A DNA stretch of 64,000 nt from Octopus sinensis (taxonomy: Eukaryota), in NCBI RefSeq assembly GCF_006345805.1, contig NC_043000.1:162750001-162814000 (forward strand), given 5' to 3'. The notes under the pieces were generated by a model. It was given only the letters and a program-made list of their open reading frames with translations. It did no database searches and was not told the DNA's origin. The position numbers were made by a program, and so were the translations under genes. Below are positions 1-14,441 of this stretch, one piece after another (within the stretch, counting starts at the first letter, position 1; each line of letters begins with the position of its first letter).

Positions 1-2
1 AT

Positions 3-54
<52 letters not shown>

Positions 55-65
55 CATATTTATAT

Positions 66-112
<47 letters not shown>

Positions 113-121
113 TATATATAT
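1..121. repeat. (TA)n microsatellite abutting a SINE (probably its internal microsatellite)
   Basis: Near-pure TA repeat directly adjoining the family-A SINE fragment at 123-236. Confidence 0.95.
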
Positions 122-122
122 T

Positions 123-236
123 CGACGGGCTTCTTTTCAGTTTCCGTCTACCAGATCTACTCACAGGCTTTGGTGGGTCCGAAGTTATAGTAGAAGACAC
201 TTGCCCAAGGTGCCACAGTGGGACTTAACCCGGAAT
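123..236 (-). mobile_element. SINE family A fragment (CORE-like SINE)
   Basis: Reverse complement matches the copy at 40911-41280 (ccttgggcaagtgtctt...gaaactgaaagaagcc). Confidence 0.85.
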
Positions 237-841
237 GTAGAATAATTTATGTAGAATAATTTTTCTTTTTTGTCTTCGCTTCGGCAGTGACCTCGGGAGT
301 GACAGAAACGCATTTCGCCGTTTTTGTGCTTATCAATGCCCCGTACTTGTGTCACTTCCAAAGGGAGGTCAAATCGGCTCGTCTCGTACTTAGATACACT
401 AGAAACAATACACTGGTTTACAATGGCGCCGTTGTGGCTTAATAAAGTCTGAATTATGCAACAGGAGCAACTCTAGGATTCAATTTTTATCTATAAGACA
501 TACCAAGTGCATGTGCCTCATTGAAAAGCCCGGAACCAGTCACATCTCCAGTGATTTTATTTCGTCCAGCTATGAAGTATCCTTTAGCTTTTTGGGGGTT
601 TTTTTCACTTGTTTCAGTTATTAGACTGCAGCCATTCTGACAAGCTGCAAACAGGACAAAATAAACACTTCTCGATCTCGTGGTCACTTTAGAAGGGGTT
701 TCGTATCGCCTAACTCCGAAGTGGTTTGTGTTTCATAACGAAACAAGTCTATAAAGGGATTACCCCGGAAGAAAACTGCACCCTCTGTCATATACATAAA
801 AATGTTATTCTAAAGCTGCTTCTATTGAACAATTTCAATAT

Positions 842-1100
842 AGGCGTATTACTGAGTGGGTGGAGCGTCGTACTCGAAATCATGAGGTAGTGAGTTTGAT
901 TCCCGGGATGTGTGTCGTGTTCTTGAGCAAGACACTTTATTTCACGTTGCTCGAGTTCACTCAGCTGGAGATATGAGTTGCGACGTCTCTAGCGTCAAGC
1001 TGTATCGGCCCCTTTGCCTTTCCATTGGATAACATCGGTGGCGTGGAGAGTAAAGACTGGTAGGCCTGGGAGGGGAACTTTTTAGGTGCAATCCATTGTC
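842..1100 (+). mobile_element. SINE family D (tRNA head plus CORE-like segment)
   Basis: Degenerate A/B boxes and tcttgagcaagacactttatttcacgttgctc; aligns with 22091-22424. Confidence 0.85.
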
Positions 1101-1231
1101 ATTTTTTTATATATTTCTATATATTTTAATATACATTTTATATATATATTTTTATATATTTTAAGAATTACTGGTATTTTTATATATGTAAAGCATAGTT
1201 TTTTGCTTTTGCCCTTGTTTATAAGTTGTAT

Positions 1232-1270
<39 letters not shown>

Positions 1271-1275
1271 ATATA

Positions 1276-1308
<33 letters not shown>

Positions 1309-2037
1309 ATGTATATGTATATGTGTATGTGCGCGCGTGTGGGTATGCGTGGGCGCCTGCGTGTGTGTGTAGATAGATAGATACATGCATAAATACATAC
1401 ACACACACACACATACATACATACATACATACATAATACATACATACATACATTGATTGATGGAAAGGTAGATATTCTCTAAAAGTACATGCCAAAGCTT
1501 CAAAGGACATGATACTTAAGTAGAGCAATATAAATATGAAATATAAGTTATAGTGGCGTATGCACGTGTGTGAAAGGGAGATTGAAAGAACATGTGTATT
1601 TGTATGTATGTAATGTGTGCAGAATACACTTTCTGTGTGTTAATGAATTAAAATAATGGGCATATATATATGAGCGTGTGTATGTGTGTGTGTGTGTGTG
1701 TGTGTTTACTTACATGCATACATGTGCTTGAGTGTGTGTGTGCACGCCTGTCATTTTTAAACACATGGTCTTCCGCACAAAGCACGCATAACTACAAACG
1801 AATAGATTGATAGTTACATACACATACACATACACATTGTCTAACTTGCTGCTAAATTACCGATGTATTAAAATGATTTACAACGGAAATAAGCAAGCTT
1901 GAAAACAAAAAAAAAAGAAGGAAGTTAATAATTCTACAATGTGGTTTATTATATGAGCTGTTAACAGCAAAATAGCAAAAAGAAAAATAATTTTGCAACG
2001 CAGTCATACTGACCCAGAGAAATGCTTGATAAATACT

Positions 2038-2074
<37 letters not shown>

Positions 2075-2325
2075 GGGTGGTGGTGTTTGAACTCGGGTAA
2101 AATCTGAAGAATCAAACCCAAGATCAAAGACATTCTTACTGTGACCCTCCTGAATGTTTGGATGATCGTAGAAATGCATTAACTGAATGATCGTTACTTG
2201 TTTCAGGCAATGGTTTATGATTTCTTTGCAGGTCTTGCAAACCCTCATAGTTCTCTAATTGTAACGCAGAAATGACAAAATGTGATGTTCTGAATTTCAC
2301 TAGTGTAATATTCATCAATTCTAAA

Positions 2326-2700
2326 GCGGTGAGCTGGCAGAAACGTTAGCACGCCGGGCGAAATGCTTATCGGTATTTCGTCTGCCATTACGTTGTGAGT
2401 TCAAATTCCGTCGAGGTCGACTTTGCCTTTCATCCTTTCGGAGTCGATAAATTAAGTACCAGTTACACACTGGGGGCGGTGTAATCGAGTTAATCCCTTT
2501 GTTTGTCCTTGTTTGTCCACTCTATGTTTAACTCCTTGTGGGTAGTAAAGAAATAGGTATTTCGTCTGTCTTTACGTTCTGAGTTCAAATTCCGCCGAGG
2601 TCCAATTTGCTTTTCATCCTTTCGGGGTCGATAAATTAAGTAACAGTAGCGTACTGGGGTCGATCTAATCGACTGGACCCTCCCCCAAAATTTCGCTCTC
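2326..2700 (+). mobile_element. SINE family B head-to-tail dimer
   Basis: Unit 1 (2326-2555) has head gagctggcagaaacgttagc, B box gagttcaaattcc, central gtcgactttgcctttcatcctttcg and tail ccttgtgggtagtaaagaaata. Unit 2 (2556-2700) is 5'-truncated and has a different tail. Confidence 0.9.
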
Positions 2701-3580
2701 TTAGACTTATAAAAGTGTGTAACTCTATGAGATATATAAGAGTAATGTCCGTGTTTATCATGCGTAAAACCTCAAGCACGCTCTCAATGACTGGATGTGT
2801 GATGAAACAAACTCCATTTGCAGCCATCTATAGCCTTTTTCTTTTTCCGGACGTAGTGTCCAACCATTGCTTTTTTCTTGTTTTCTTACGGTTGGAGGAT
2901 GTGATATGTGTGAAATTTGACATGTCGAACGACCACGTAGAGGTTTTATTGTTGACTCGGGTTCTCACGTTGTGCTGCTGTGATATGTGGATTCACAAAG
3001 GTCCTGAAACTCAAATAGCAATGCCTATATTTTGGGATATAATGCAGTTCGTGAATAGTATAATTTTTTATTTGAGTATAGAAATAGTTCTGAAAGAACT
3101 CGCTATTATGTCACCCTGTTTGCGCCAAACTTCGTTTAGTCACACTCATGCAGAATTTTCGAATTTACATTGCAGGCTCAAGAAATATTCCTAAAATATG
3201 TAGAACATTCATTTTTTATATTCATTATGAATTACACTTCGTACCTATTTAATCCTAGAAAATAAAGACTAGGCTATCGAAAGATTTTTACCTTTAACCA
3301 TAGATAAGAAGAGTGAATAGTATAAATGATCAAATTGCGTATTATCCTATTATAAATTTGTTCTCCTTTGTTTTGTTCATTTGGAGTTTTCTTTTCTATT
3401 CTATATGTTCTGTTCTTATCAATCATTCCAAGACAAATCCTGATTGAGTAAACTTGTAACCCAAAATGTTCCAGTTATTGACATTGAATACATACATACA
3501 TACATACATACATACATACGTACGCACGTACGTACATACATACATATGCATGCATACATATATGTATGAGTTGGTGTATG

Positions 3581-3617
<37 letters not shown>

Positions 3618-3742
3618 ATGTGTGTGTCTGTGTCTGTGTTTGTGAGTGTGTGAGAGTGTGCGTGTGTGTGTATGTTCTCTTTCTCTTTTTAATTTAGTTT
3701 AAATTTATCCGAAACTCACCTCCAGAAATTAAGGTAAAAATG

Positions 3743-3808
3743 ATAGCCTCGGGCCGACCAAAGCCTTGTGAGTGGATTTGGTAGACGGAAACTGAAAGAA
3801 GCCCAATG

Positions 3809-3900
<92 letters not shown>

Positions 3901-4092
3901 TGTGTCTGTGTTTGTCCCCCAATATCGCTTGACAACCGATGCTGGTGTGTTTACATCCGCGTAACTTAGCGGTTCGGTAAAAGAGATCGATAGAATAAGT
4001 ACTAGGCTTATAAAAAATAAGTCGTGGGGTCGATTTGCTCGACTAAAGGCAGTGCTCCAGCATGGCCACAGTCAAATGACTGAAGCAAGTAA
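3743..4092 (+). mobile_element. SINE family A, 5'-truncated, with internal (TA)n(TG)n
   Basis: High similarity to 40911-41280; ends ggccacagtcaaatgactgaagcaagt. Confidence 0.9.
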
Positions 4093-4647
4093 AAAGAGTA
4101 TATATAAGTATCTATATGCTTTTACATATGTAGTTATCTTCCGAATATATTTGGTTTTTGCATCTTCATATATCTATATATATATTTATAAATGCACATA
4201 TATGTGTGTATGCACATTTCTATATATCAAGCTTAATTATGTTTATCTGCATCACTGCCTATATATATATGTGTGTGTGTGTATACATACATGCATACAA
4301 ACATGCATATGGAGAGACAGATCTATTAAACTTAATACAGATAAGAATAACGGCTCTGATTGTTCCACATAAAAGACATTTAAAATATTTTACATTAACT
4401 CATCTGAATTAAACTCTTATAAATCTTTAACAATAAACTAACTGTCAGGATGTCAACACATAACTCGCACCACCCAAGCGATTGCAACGCTAATTGCTGC
4501 ACACTATTTTAGTCTCTTATTCTTTCATAATTTTTGTGTACAACTTTTATTCCAAGATTTTATTGAACATTTATATCTTTACTACTATCGCATTTGATTT
4601 CATTAAGCCGTCACCCAATTAGGGAACATTCTATTTACGCATATATT

Positions 4648-4943
4648 TTTATATATAAAAGTCAAGTTGTGTGTCTGTCTCCTACGATTTAGATTCCTAA
4701 CTACTCCCACATTTTGCGGTGCAGTTTAACCAAAACCGGGTATCTTATAGTCGTGATTCATATCGAGCCCTTCTGGGTATTAGCGCGCGTCTACGATGAG
4801 TCTACGATTTAAAAAAAAATTTACCATAATTTTTTTCCATTTTTAATGCATTTTTTTGCTATTTTTTTGGCTATAACTCTCTAAAAATGCTTATATAGTT
4901 ATTTCCCTTACAAACCCGAGCAACGCCGGGCGATACTGGTAGT
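4648..4943 (+). mobile_element. Non-autonomous Helitron-like element
   Basis: 5' tatatataaaa; 3' GC hairpin cccgagcaacgccggg followed by ...tagt (degenerate CTAGT); no TSD seen. Confidence 0.7.
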
Positions 4944-5667
4944 AAACTATATAATATTATGTACTGTTTCCAAAATATTTACAAAGAATAAAGAAATGGA
5001 TGTGTGCGTGTGTGTATGTGTGTGTGTCTGTGTGTCTGTGTGCGTGTTTATCTTAGATTACTCTTAGTCTACTGGTAACGTCCTATATGGTCAGGCTGTC
5101 TGTAACTAAGCCGGGCACACTACAAAGCCTGCTAGGTAAGAAGGCCGGTTTTCGTTGAATACGCTGAGGGACGATAAACAAAACCTGTCGAAGGGTGGGT
5201 GAACACTATTGGGTCAACCACTATCCAACAGCTGGGAGTGAGAAAAAAGCTATTCGTTATTTAGATGTATCTCCAGGAGAAAGAAAATTCTGATACAACG
5301 TTCTATTTCGTTTGCATCGAATAATGCAGACTATTTGATCTTTATGGGGAAATGTAACGTTGTTTAAATGGTGGAATTGGTTGTAAGAGAACATTCAAGC
5401 GATGACGGTGCTTCGAATTGCTGTTGTATATAATAGCTACGTTTGAAGGAATAACCGGGGCTTATGACCGCAGAATGATTCTATCACTGGTGAAAGTGAT
5501 TGAATCATCTCTCAACCGAAATAGTCGTACATCAACAACTGCAGGAAAAGCATATGCAGCAGACATTGTCACTAGAAAGGAAGCATTAGTACAGAGGTTA
5601 GAGTCGAGTGCAATATGGTCACGATAGGTGTGTGTGTATGTCTATATATGTATATATATATAATATA

Positions 5668-5713
<46 letters not shown>

Positions 5714-5718
5714 GTATT

Positions 5719-5926
5719 TATAGTAAAGTAAATAAGAGGGCTAGCTTCCTTCGGTATGAGGCGAAACAGCCTGCTGCTAGCCCTCTTATTTACTTTACTA
5801 TATACTGAACCTTACAAAGTTCCTGACGATAAATTTGTCGTATTTACATACCGAAATTTACCGGTAAATAATTGTTGGGTACATGAAAAACCACAGAAAA
5901 ATTATTTACCATTTTTATTGTATATG

Positions 5927-5930
<4 letters not shown>
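5719..5930 (+). mobile_element. Putative Penelope-like pLTR remnant with perfect inverted repeat and hammerhead-like core
   Basis: 27-bp perfect inverted repeat (5719-5745/5776-5802); CTGACGA...GAAA-palindrome-TA at 5823-5870. Confidence 0.5.
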
Positions 5931-6003
<73 letters not shown>

Positions 6004-6142
6004 TTATATATATATACATATATACATATATATATACATATATATATAAACATATATATATAAACATATATATATATGTATATATGTATTATGTATTGTA
6101 TGTATGTATGTGTGTATGTATTACAGTGAAATTCGTAAACAT

Positions 6143-6470
6143 AAGCCGTAGTCTCATACCTTGTGAATGAATTTGGTAGACGGAAACTGTACGAGAGCCC
6201 GCTGTTTTGTGCGTGTGTGTGTGTGTGTGTGTGTATCTGTCTGTCTGTGTGCGTGTGTGTGTATGTGTTTGTGTGTGTGTATGTCTATGTTTGAGTTTGC
6301 GTTTGTCCACTCACAACGCACGGCTACCAGTGTCGGTTTGTTTACGTCGCTGTTATCTAGCAGTTCGGCAAAAGATATCGATAAAATAAGTGCCAGACTC
6401 AAAAAGTAAATACTAGGAGTGATTTGTTCTAGACACTTCGAGGCGGGGCTCCAATGGCTGAAACAATTAA
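6143..6470 (+). mobile_element. SINE family A, degenerate
   Basis: gaatttggtagacggaaactgt, internal (TG)n, ttagcagttcggcaaaagatatcgataaaataagt-type body. Confidence 0.8.
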
Positions 6471-6917
6471 AATAGGAAAGAATAAAAGATGCCACGAAAA
6501 GGATGATAAAATTAAGTAGCAAAAGGCAAACGTAAGAGGCGGAATGAGAATGTGTGACGTTCATGCTGTAACTGAAGAATTAGCTTTATACAAATGAAGT
6601 ATCATCAATCTGAAAATTGAATTAGGGTTTTGATGCTTTTTTTGTTTTTGTTTTGTTGTTTTTCTACCTTGGAACATACAACCATTCGCTGTAGTAGTTA
6701 TATCAATAAGTTTGCGATGCCTTAGCATTTGGCGTCTATTTTAAGTGTCACAGAGGCATCAGGAAGGGGAATTAATAGAATACATAGAAAAGAAAATATG
6801 TAAAATGACATCAATTGTGTATACCGAGAGTCGGGGAGATAGAGGGTTCAAATTAATGTCACTCCAGCGGATCGAATTACGAATTAATTGAAAAGGCCAG
6901 ACACACACGCTCTCTCC

Positions 6918-6971
<54 letters not shown>

Positions 6972-7850
6972 TACTTTTTCTCTCTCTTAATCTCTCTCAA
7001 TCTCTTCCTTACCCCCTTTCTCTCCCTGTTTCTTTTTTGTTTCATTTTAAACACGCTCTGATATACACTGCGTGTGTCGATGTACGATATAACTCTACAA
7101 CAGACACAGATACGCACCCGCTCATATACATATACACATGCACACACATACAGGCATACAAACACATACTTTCACTGATACACGATTTCACACACATACA
7201 CACGCAGCTTAATGACTGACATTTGTATAAGCGCAACTGTAAGTGTGTGTGTGTATATGTGTGTGTGTGTACGAATGTTATGGTATGTATCTACGTATAA
7301 TGTAAGTAGGGACACGTGTATGAATGTTGGTGTGTATGTATGTATTTATATGTTTTTGTATATATTATGCATGTAAGTGTAATATGCGTGTGTGTGTATG
7401 TATGTATGCATGTATGTATGTATATATGTATATAAATATACATATATTATATATGTCTGTAATAATGTGTGTCTATGTACGGTTGATAATAATATGTATG
7501 TATGTATGTGTGTATGTATGTATGTATGTACACATGCATTTATGCCCTGGCGTTTGATTAACTGGGGTTGCAGGGGTAATTTAATGTTTACTAAGTGACC
7601 AGTTGTCAATGAAAAGTGCAATCTTCGCTGTTGAGTGCCACCTCAGGCAGCAGGTGATTGCAGCTCATCTACGACCGGAAGTCGCTGCGGTCTGTCGGAT
7701 ACATTACACCAAAATGACACCGGAGGCCATTGGACGGTGCAATTAGAATCATTATTTTGTGTTTTGTTTTCTTTTTTCTTTTCTTTTTTCGTCATTGAGA
7801 ACCTTTCCGATCATCCATTTCTATCTTCCTTTTGGCACAGCTGTTGGAGC

Positions 7851-8152
<302 letters not shown>

Positions 8153-8169
8153 ACTTTAATATAAAGACT

Positions 8170-8670
8170 ACGAACTGGCAGAATCGTTAGCATGCTGAGC
8201 AAAACACTTAGCGACATCTCGTCCATCTATACGTTCTGAGTTCAAGTTTCCGGAGGTCAGCTTCACTTTTCAACCTTTCGAGGTCTACATAATAAGTACC
8301 TGGAATCGATGTAATCGACTTACCTCCAACACCGAAATTGCTGGCTTTGTGACAAAATTTGAATCATTACTTTTTTATTAGGCGAGTTGGCGGAATCGCT
8401 AACGCACTGGACAAAATGCTCAACGGCGCTCTTCCCCCCTCTGTTTTACAAGTTCAAATGCTGCTGTGGTGGACTTTGCTTTTTAGGTGGCGAACTGGCA
8501 GAATTGTTAGCACGCCTGGCAAAGTGCGGCATTTCGTCAATCTTTATGTTCTGAGTTCAAATTCCACCTAAGACCACTTTGCCTTTCATAATTTCGGGGT
8601 CGACAAAATAAAAACCAATTGAGCGTTGGGAGTCGATGTAATCGACTAACAACCTCCCCCAAACTTTCAA
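8170..8670 (+). mobile_element. Tandem cluster of about 3 degenerate family-B SINE units
   Basis: Repeated (c)gaactggcagaatcgttagc heads near 8171, 8381 and 8490. Confidence 0.8.
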
Positions 8671-9099
8671 GAAGAAGATTATTATTATTATTATTAAGCG
8701 AAGCAGCACACGTCATATTAGTGACGCTTGGGAACAAATATATGAATCCCAATATAACTATCATGACTACCCGTCTGGTAAGTGTACACCAAGCACTTGA
8801 CCTTTCAGGTGGGGGCCCAGTTAGAATTTCCTTCAAATCAAGTGACCCAGCCTGCTCTAAATCTCTGAACAATTATTAAGCCTGTCACATGGATACGTCG
8901 GTACTAGTTTCCATCTTGGATGATAATACAGCGTGGCGACTAGTACGAACGTTCTTATGTGGCAGGCTCGATAATTGTTGAGAGATTTCTGACTCATGAA
9001 GGCATCGGTAGCCTTGTTAACCTTCAAGTAAAGAATAGTTATCCATCAAATCGGTGTTGAACACTGATTTTCACTGTTTGCCATTAGCGTGTACATATA

Positions 9100-10440
<1,341 letters not shown>

Positions 10441-11076
10441 GTTAGTCTACCCACCAACATACTTTGAAGCTGCTCTCTTTAATAATCAAACCCGGGATGT
10501 AAGACTCCGTTTTTACGCATAGAAACCGCATACGATCCTTACACGCATCATTTTCATTAACAACTTCCGTTTGGTGCTACTGCAACTTTGCATCCACTTT
10601 GAAGACATATTTCACACTGGCTACACAACCACCCAGCATACCATTATCCCCGACGCTGTGACATCTTTCCATCCGCCTTGTAATATTTGCACGTTATGTG
10701 ACTGATAATGTCATCATCTACTTTGCAACACCCATATAAGTTTCTTACCGCCTTGCCTAATTTGTTACGATACAGTATGGTGAACAGATTTGAGAAGACG
10801 GAGGGCATGGGTTTCCTCATGGGCCTACTTAGTTCTCATTATCTTGTTCGAATAACACTTGAAGAGGAAAGTGTGTGTTTGAGGGAATTCTTTACTCCAG
10901 TAAATTTGCAAGAGGTGGGTAAGAGTGATGAGTTTGGCTTGGGTGAATAGATTTGTTCTAGACTTGTCGCTAGGTGTACAGCGTGAAATAAAGTCATGTG
11001 ACTATATATAAAACAATTTGATATCTAATGAGAATATCTATATATATTATCCGTCTCCGTGTCTCAGTTACTTTTG

Positions 11077-11136
<60 letters not shown>

Positions 11137-11199
11137 CTCTCTCTCTCTGTCAAACAATCATGTTTGCGGGCAGTGCAATGCATAATAACTATCCTCTGC

Positions 11200-12000
11200 A
11201 TCTGATGACCTTGCAGGTGTTGCAATGATGAGTAAGAGCCATCCAATTGGTAGAGTGAATGAATTTCTTCCTACAAGAGAAGCCGTGCTTTTTATGTAGG
11301 CGGCTGCATCAAATATGTATGTAGACCATGTACTGGATCTGAAGTTGTGAGTTTTGGGTGTGCTTGAATGATTTCTAATTATTTTTTTAAGGGGCAAAAG
11401 TAAAACACATGTGCGGCAGAGATAGCTTAGAATTGGTGAGGCTTCCACCAGTCAGATGTCATCTGATTTGAAGTGACACAGTGTTCAGGATATGAGACAT
11501 ATTATATGTTAAATGAATATGTAGTTGGTAGACAAGATAAGATAATGGTCGGACAATTCTATCCAATGATCAGTGGTAACGAAGGCCTGGCAGAGATTTC
11601 TTTCAGAGGTGAAAAGCAGAACAGTGGATCTTAGATTTTCTGTTTGTTGCATGAAATAAGTTGATGGAGGGAGTTGAGGTTTCCGAAAGATTCAATTTCA
11701 GCACCGACCGTATCAATATGGAAAAAATATGAGTACCAAGAATAGCCGTGAAATTTGCAGTCACCAAAGGTAACTTCGGAATGCAATGAAATAAGAAAGC
11801 AATCCTCGGTACAGGAAGATATATGGTCAAAGAGTTGTGAGTGGATGGAGATGTTTGCAGAGGTGTGGAAGAAAGGGATGTACATGGAGAAATTGGGTGG
11901 GGAGAGACTTTCAGCCAGAGTCACCAGAAGCCTTTATTGCTGATACTCCAATGAAAAAGTTGGTTGGAGTGCACAGTAGAATGTGAATATATGCAGTAGC
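11200..12000 (-). pseudogene. Decayed APE-type endonuclease of a non-LTR retrotransposon
   Basis: ORF 11631-11924 SQLFDHISSCTED...HSEVTFGDCK...GAEIESFGNLNSLHQLI resembles the LINE EN 'IVILGDFN...NDLHQLI' region. Confidence 0.5.
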
Positions 12001-12055
12001 GGTAATGAAAGTTATTCCAGTCTGGATAACATTATACCATGGATAACATCATACC

Positions 12056-12288
12056 TATTTCTTTATTACCCACAAGGGGCTAAACATAGAGGGGACAAAC
12101 ATGGACAGACATAGGTATTAAGTCGATTACATCGACCCCAGTGCGTAACTGGTACTTAATTTATCGACCCCGAAAGGATGAAAGGCAAAGTCGACCTCGG
12201 CGGAATTTGAACTCACAACGTAACGGCAGCCGAAATACCGCTAAGCATTTCGCCCGACGTGCTAACGATTCTGCCAGCTCGCCGCCTT
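12056..12288 (-). mobile_element. Full-length family-B SINE with 13-bp TSD
   Basis: TSD ataacatcatacc at 12043-12055 and 12289-12301; carries the Tx1-like tail. Confidence 0.93.
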
Positions 12289-12994
12289 ATAACATCATAC
12301 CATGCTCTGGATGACATTATACCATGCTGTCACACCACAATCGAAAACACACGCCTAACCAGGCCAACCCAACAGCAACGTGTTACTGAAAAATTCCACC
12401 CCAACCAGTTTAGACCATATTGTTTCACTCCAGATGTGGCATATAGAACATCTGTAACATCTCCTGACACTATTGATATGCTCTACACAGAACAGCGTAC
12501 TCTTACAGTATGGACATATGTCTTGCAAACAACTGGCACATGCAAGTGCTACCAGTCAAAATCTCCGCATACCGGAAGCCAGCAAGTGTATGGGGTCATC
12601 AGGAGAGAATGCGCGCCGTTTCGGGGCTTACCTCTCGACGGCATCAATGCGCACCAGCACCCCTCACTGATATGAGACCCCACTTGCTAGATCAGCTGGT
12701 TATTAAATTTATGGTAGTGAAATAGTTAGTTTTAACTGCTATTTCTAAATTTCGGTATGCGGAGAAGCAAATTTTTACTGAACCCTAATTATAATTATAT
12801 TCATAATTATAAAATTTTATTTATATATATGCATGTATGTATGTATGTATATGATATTATTTAAAGGTCACAATTCATGTATTAAAGAGCTCTACTAATA
12901 GTTTAGTTTCATATGTTGAGATAACTCAAACATATTCTTCTGGCGCAAACCACATACCATAACAAAGTGCAAATAAAGTACACCTTATATTCAA

Positions 12995-13077
12995 GGCTCT
13001 GATGAAGCTATAGGATATTACCCTGATACTCAACTGGGAGTCCACCACATCTTATAGCAGAAACAGCTGTAAGAGTT
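12995..13077 (+). ncRNA. Hammerhead ribozyme-like motif (Penelope-type minimal type I)
   Basis: CTGATGA (12999-13005), 9-bp stem II gctatagga/tcttatagc, GAAA, palindromic cagctg, TA. Confidence 0.55.
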
Positions 13078-13317
13078 AATGAAATCTATTACATAACATT
13101 TGTTTCTTCCAGTGTCATCTCTTTGTTTTCCATATATAAATATATTATGTGTGCGTGCGTGTGCGTGCGTGTGCGTATATGTGTGTGTGTGTGTGTCACT
13201 CTCTCCCACTCTCACTATCTCCACCTCTCTCTTTCTCTCTCTTTATATATATATATATATATAATACTGCTAAAACAACATTAACAATATTAATTGAAAG
13301 TTGAAAGACGGGAAAGA

Positions 13318-13486
13318 AGGAGGAGGAGGAGGAGAAGAAGAAGAAGAAGAAGAAGAAGAAGAAGAAGAAGAAGAAGAAGAAGAAGAAGAAGAAGAAGAAG
13401 AAGAAGAAGAAGAAGAAGAAGAAGAAGAAGAAGAAGAAGAAGAAGAAGAAGAAGAAGAAGAAGAAGAAGAAAAAGAAGAAGAAGAA
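13318..13486. repeat. (GGA)n-(GAA)n trinucleotide tract
   Basis: About 50 GAA units; source of the poly-E/R/S ORFs. Confidence 0.97.
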
Positions 13487-13911
13487 CTAGTATATGGTGT
13501 ATCTAAAAAGAAAATACAGAAAAACAGAAAACGAAAGCAAAAAAACAATTGAAAAATATTCAGCAGTGTAATAATATTGTGATAGAGAAATGTAAATTGG
13601 ACGACGTGTGACACATTTCCAGCTTTCAAATTTTTTTGTGTTTCAAGAAAAAATAGTAAAATCGCTGAGTCTGTAACAAAATTTTAAATACTAAGACACG
13701 TGCACCTAATGTTCTAGTTAAGTGGATGCCATATGCGTGTTTATTTCAGGCTGTTCATGTGTCTGGGTGTTTGTGCAATTGAACATGCGTCAGTTTGATT
13801 GTGTGAGCATGCGTCTATCTGTGTGTCTGTATATGTGCGTGTCTATATGTGTATATGCAGACGGGCATATATGTGTGCGCGTGTGTGTATTTATTTGCCT
13901 CTCTCTCTTTT

Positions 13912-14219
<308 letters not shown>

Positions 14220-14441
14220 GACTGTATACGTGATTGTCAAAATGTTTATAAGTGTGTGTGTGAGAGAGAGATGTGTGCGATATTGCGATATGGTTCTTTT
14301 GAAATTTATTAGAATTAGATTAAGAAGCGAGTAATTTAAAAACACATACTTATGTAATTATGTATATGAATACCAAACATGCTTACATGTATGTGTGTGG
14401 GAATGTGTGTGTGAGTATATATATATATATATATATATGTA

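Noticed and set aside
1082-1528. Numerous [16 protein letters not shown] ORFs throughout the window
   Set aside because: These are translations of stop-free (TA)n, (TG)n and (TATC)n microsatellites with no coding signal.
2715-3194. 159-aa ORF in unique sequence
   Set aside because: No recognisable motif, non-ATG start, composition typical of a random AT-rich ORF.
8170-8670. CRISPR-like repeated units
   Set aside because: The units are degenerate SINE copies; eukaryotic context, no regular spacers, no cas genes.
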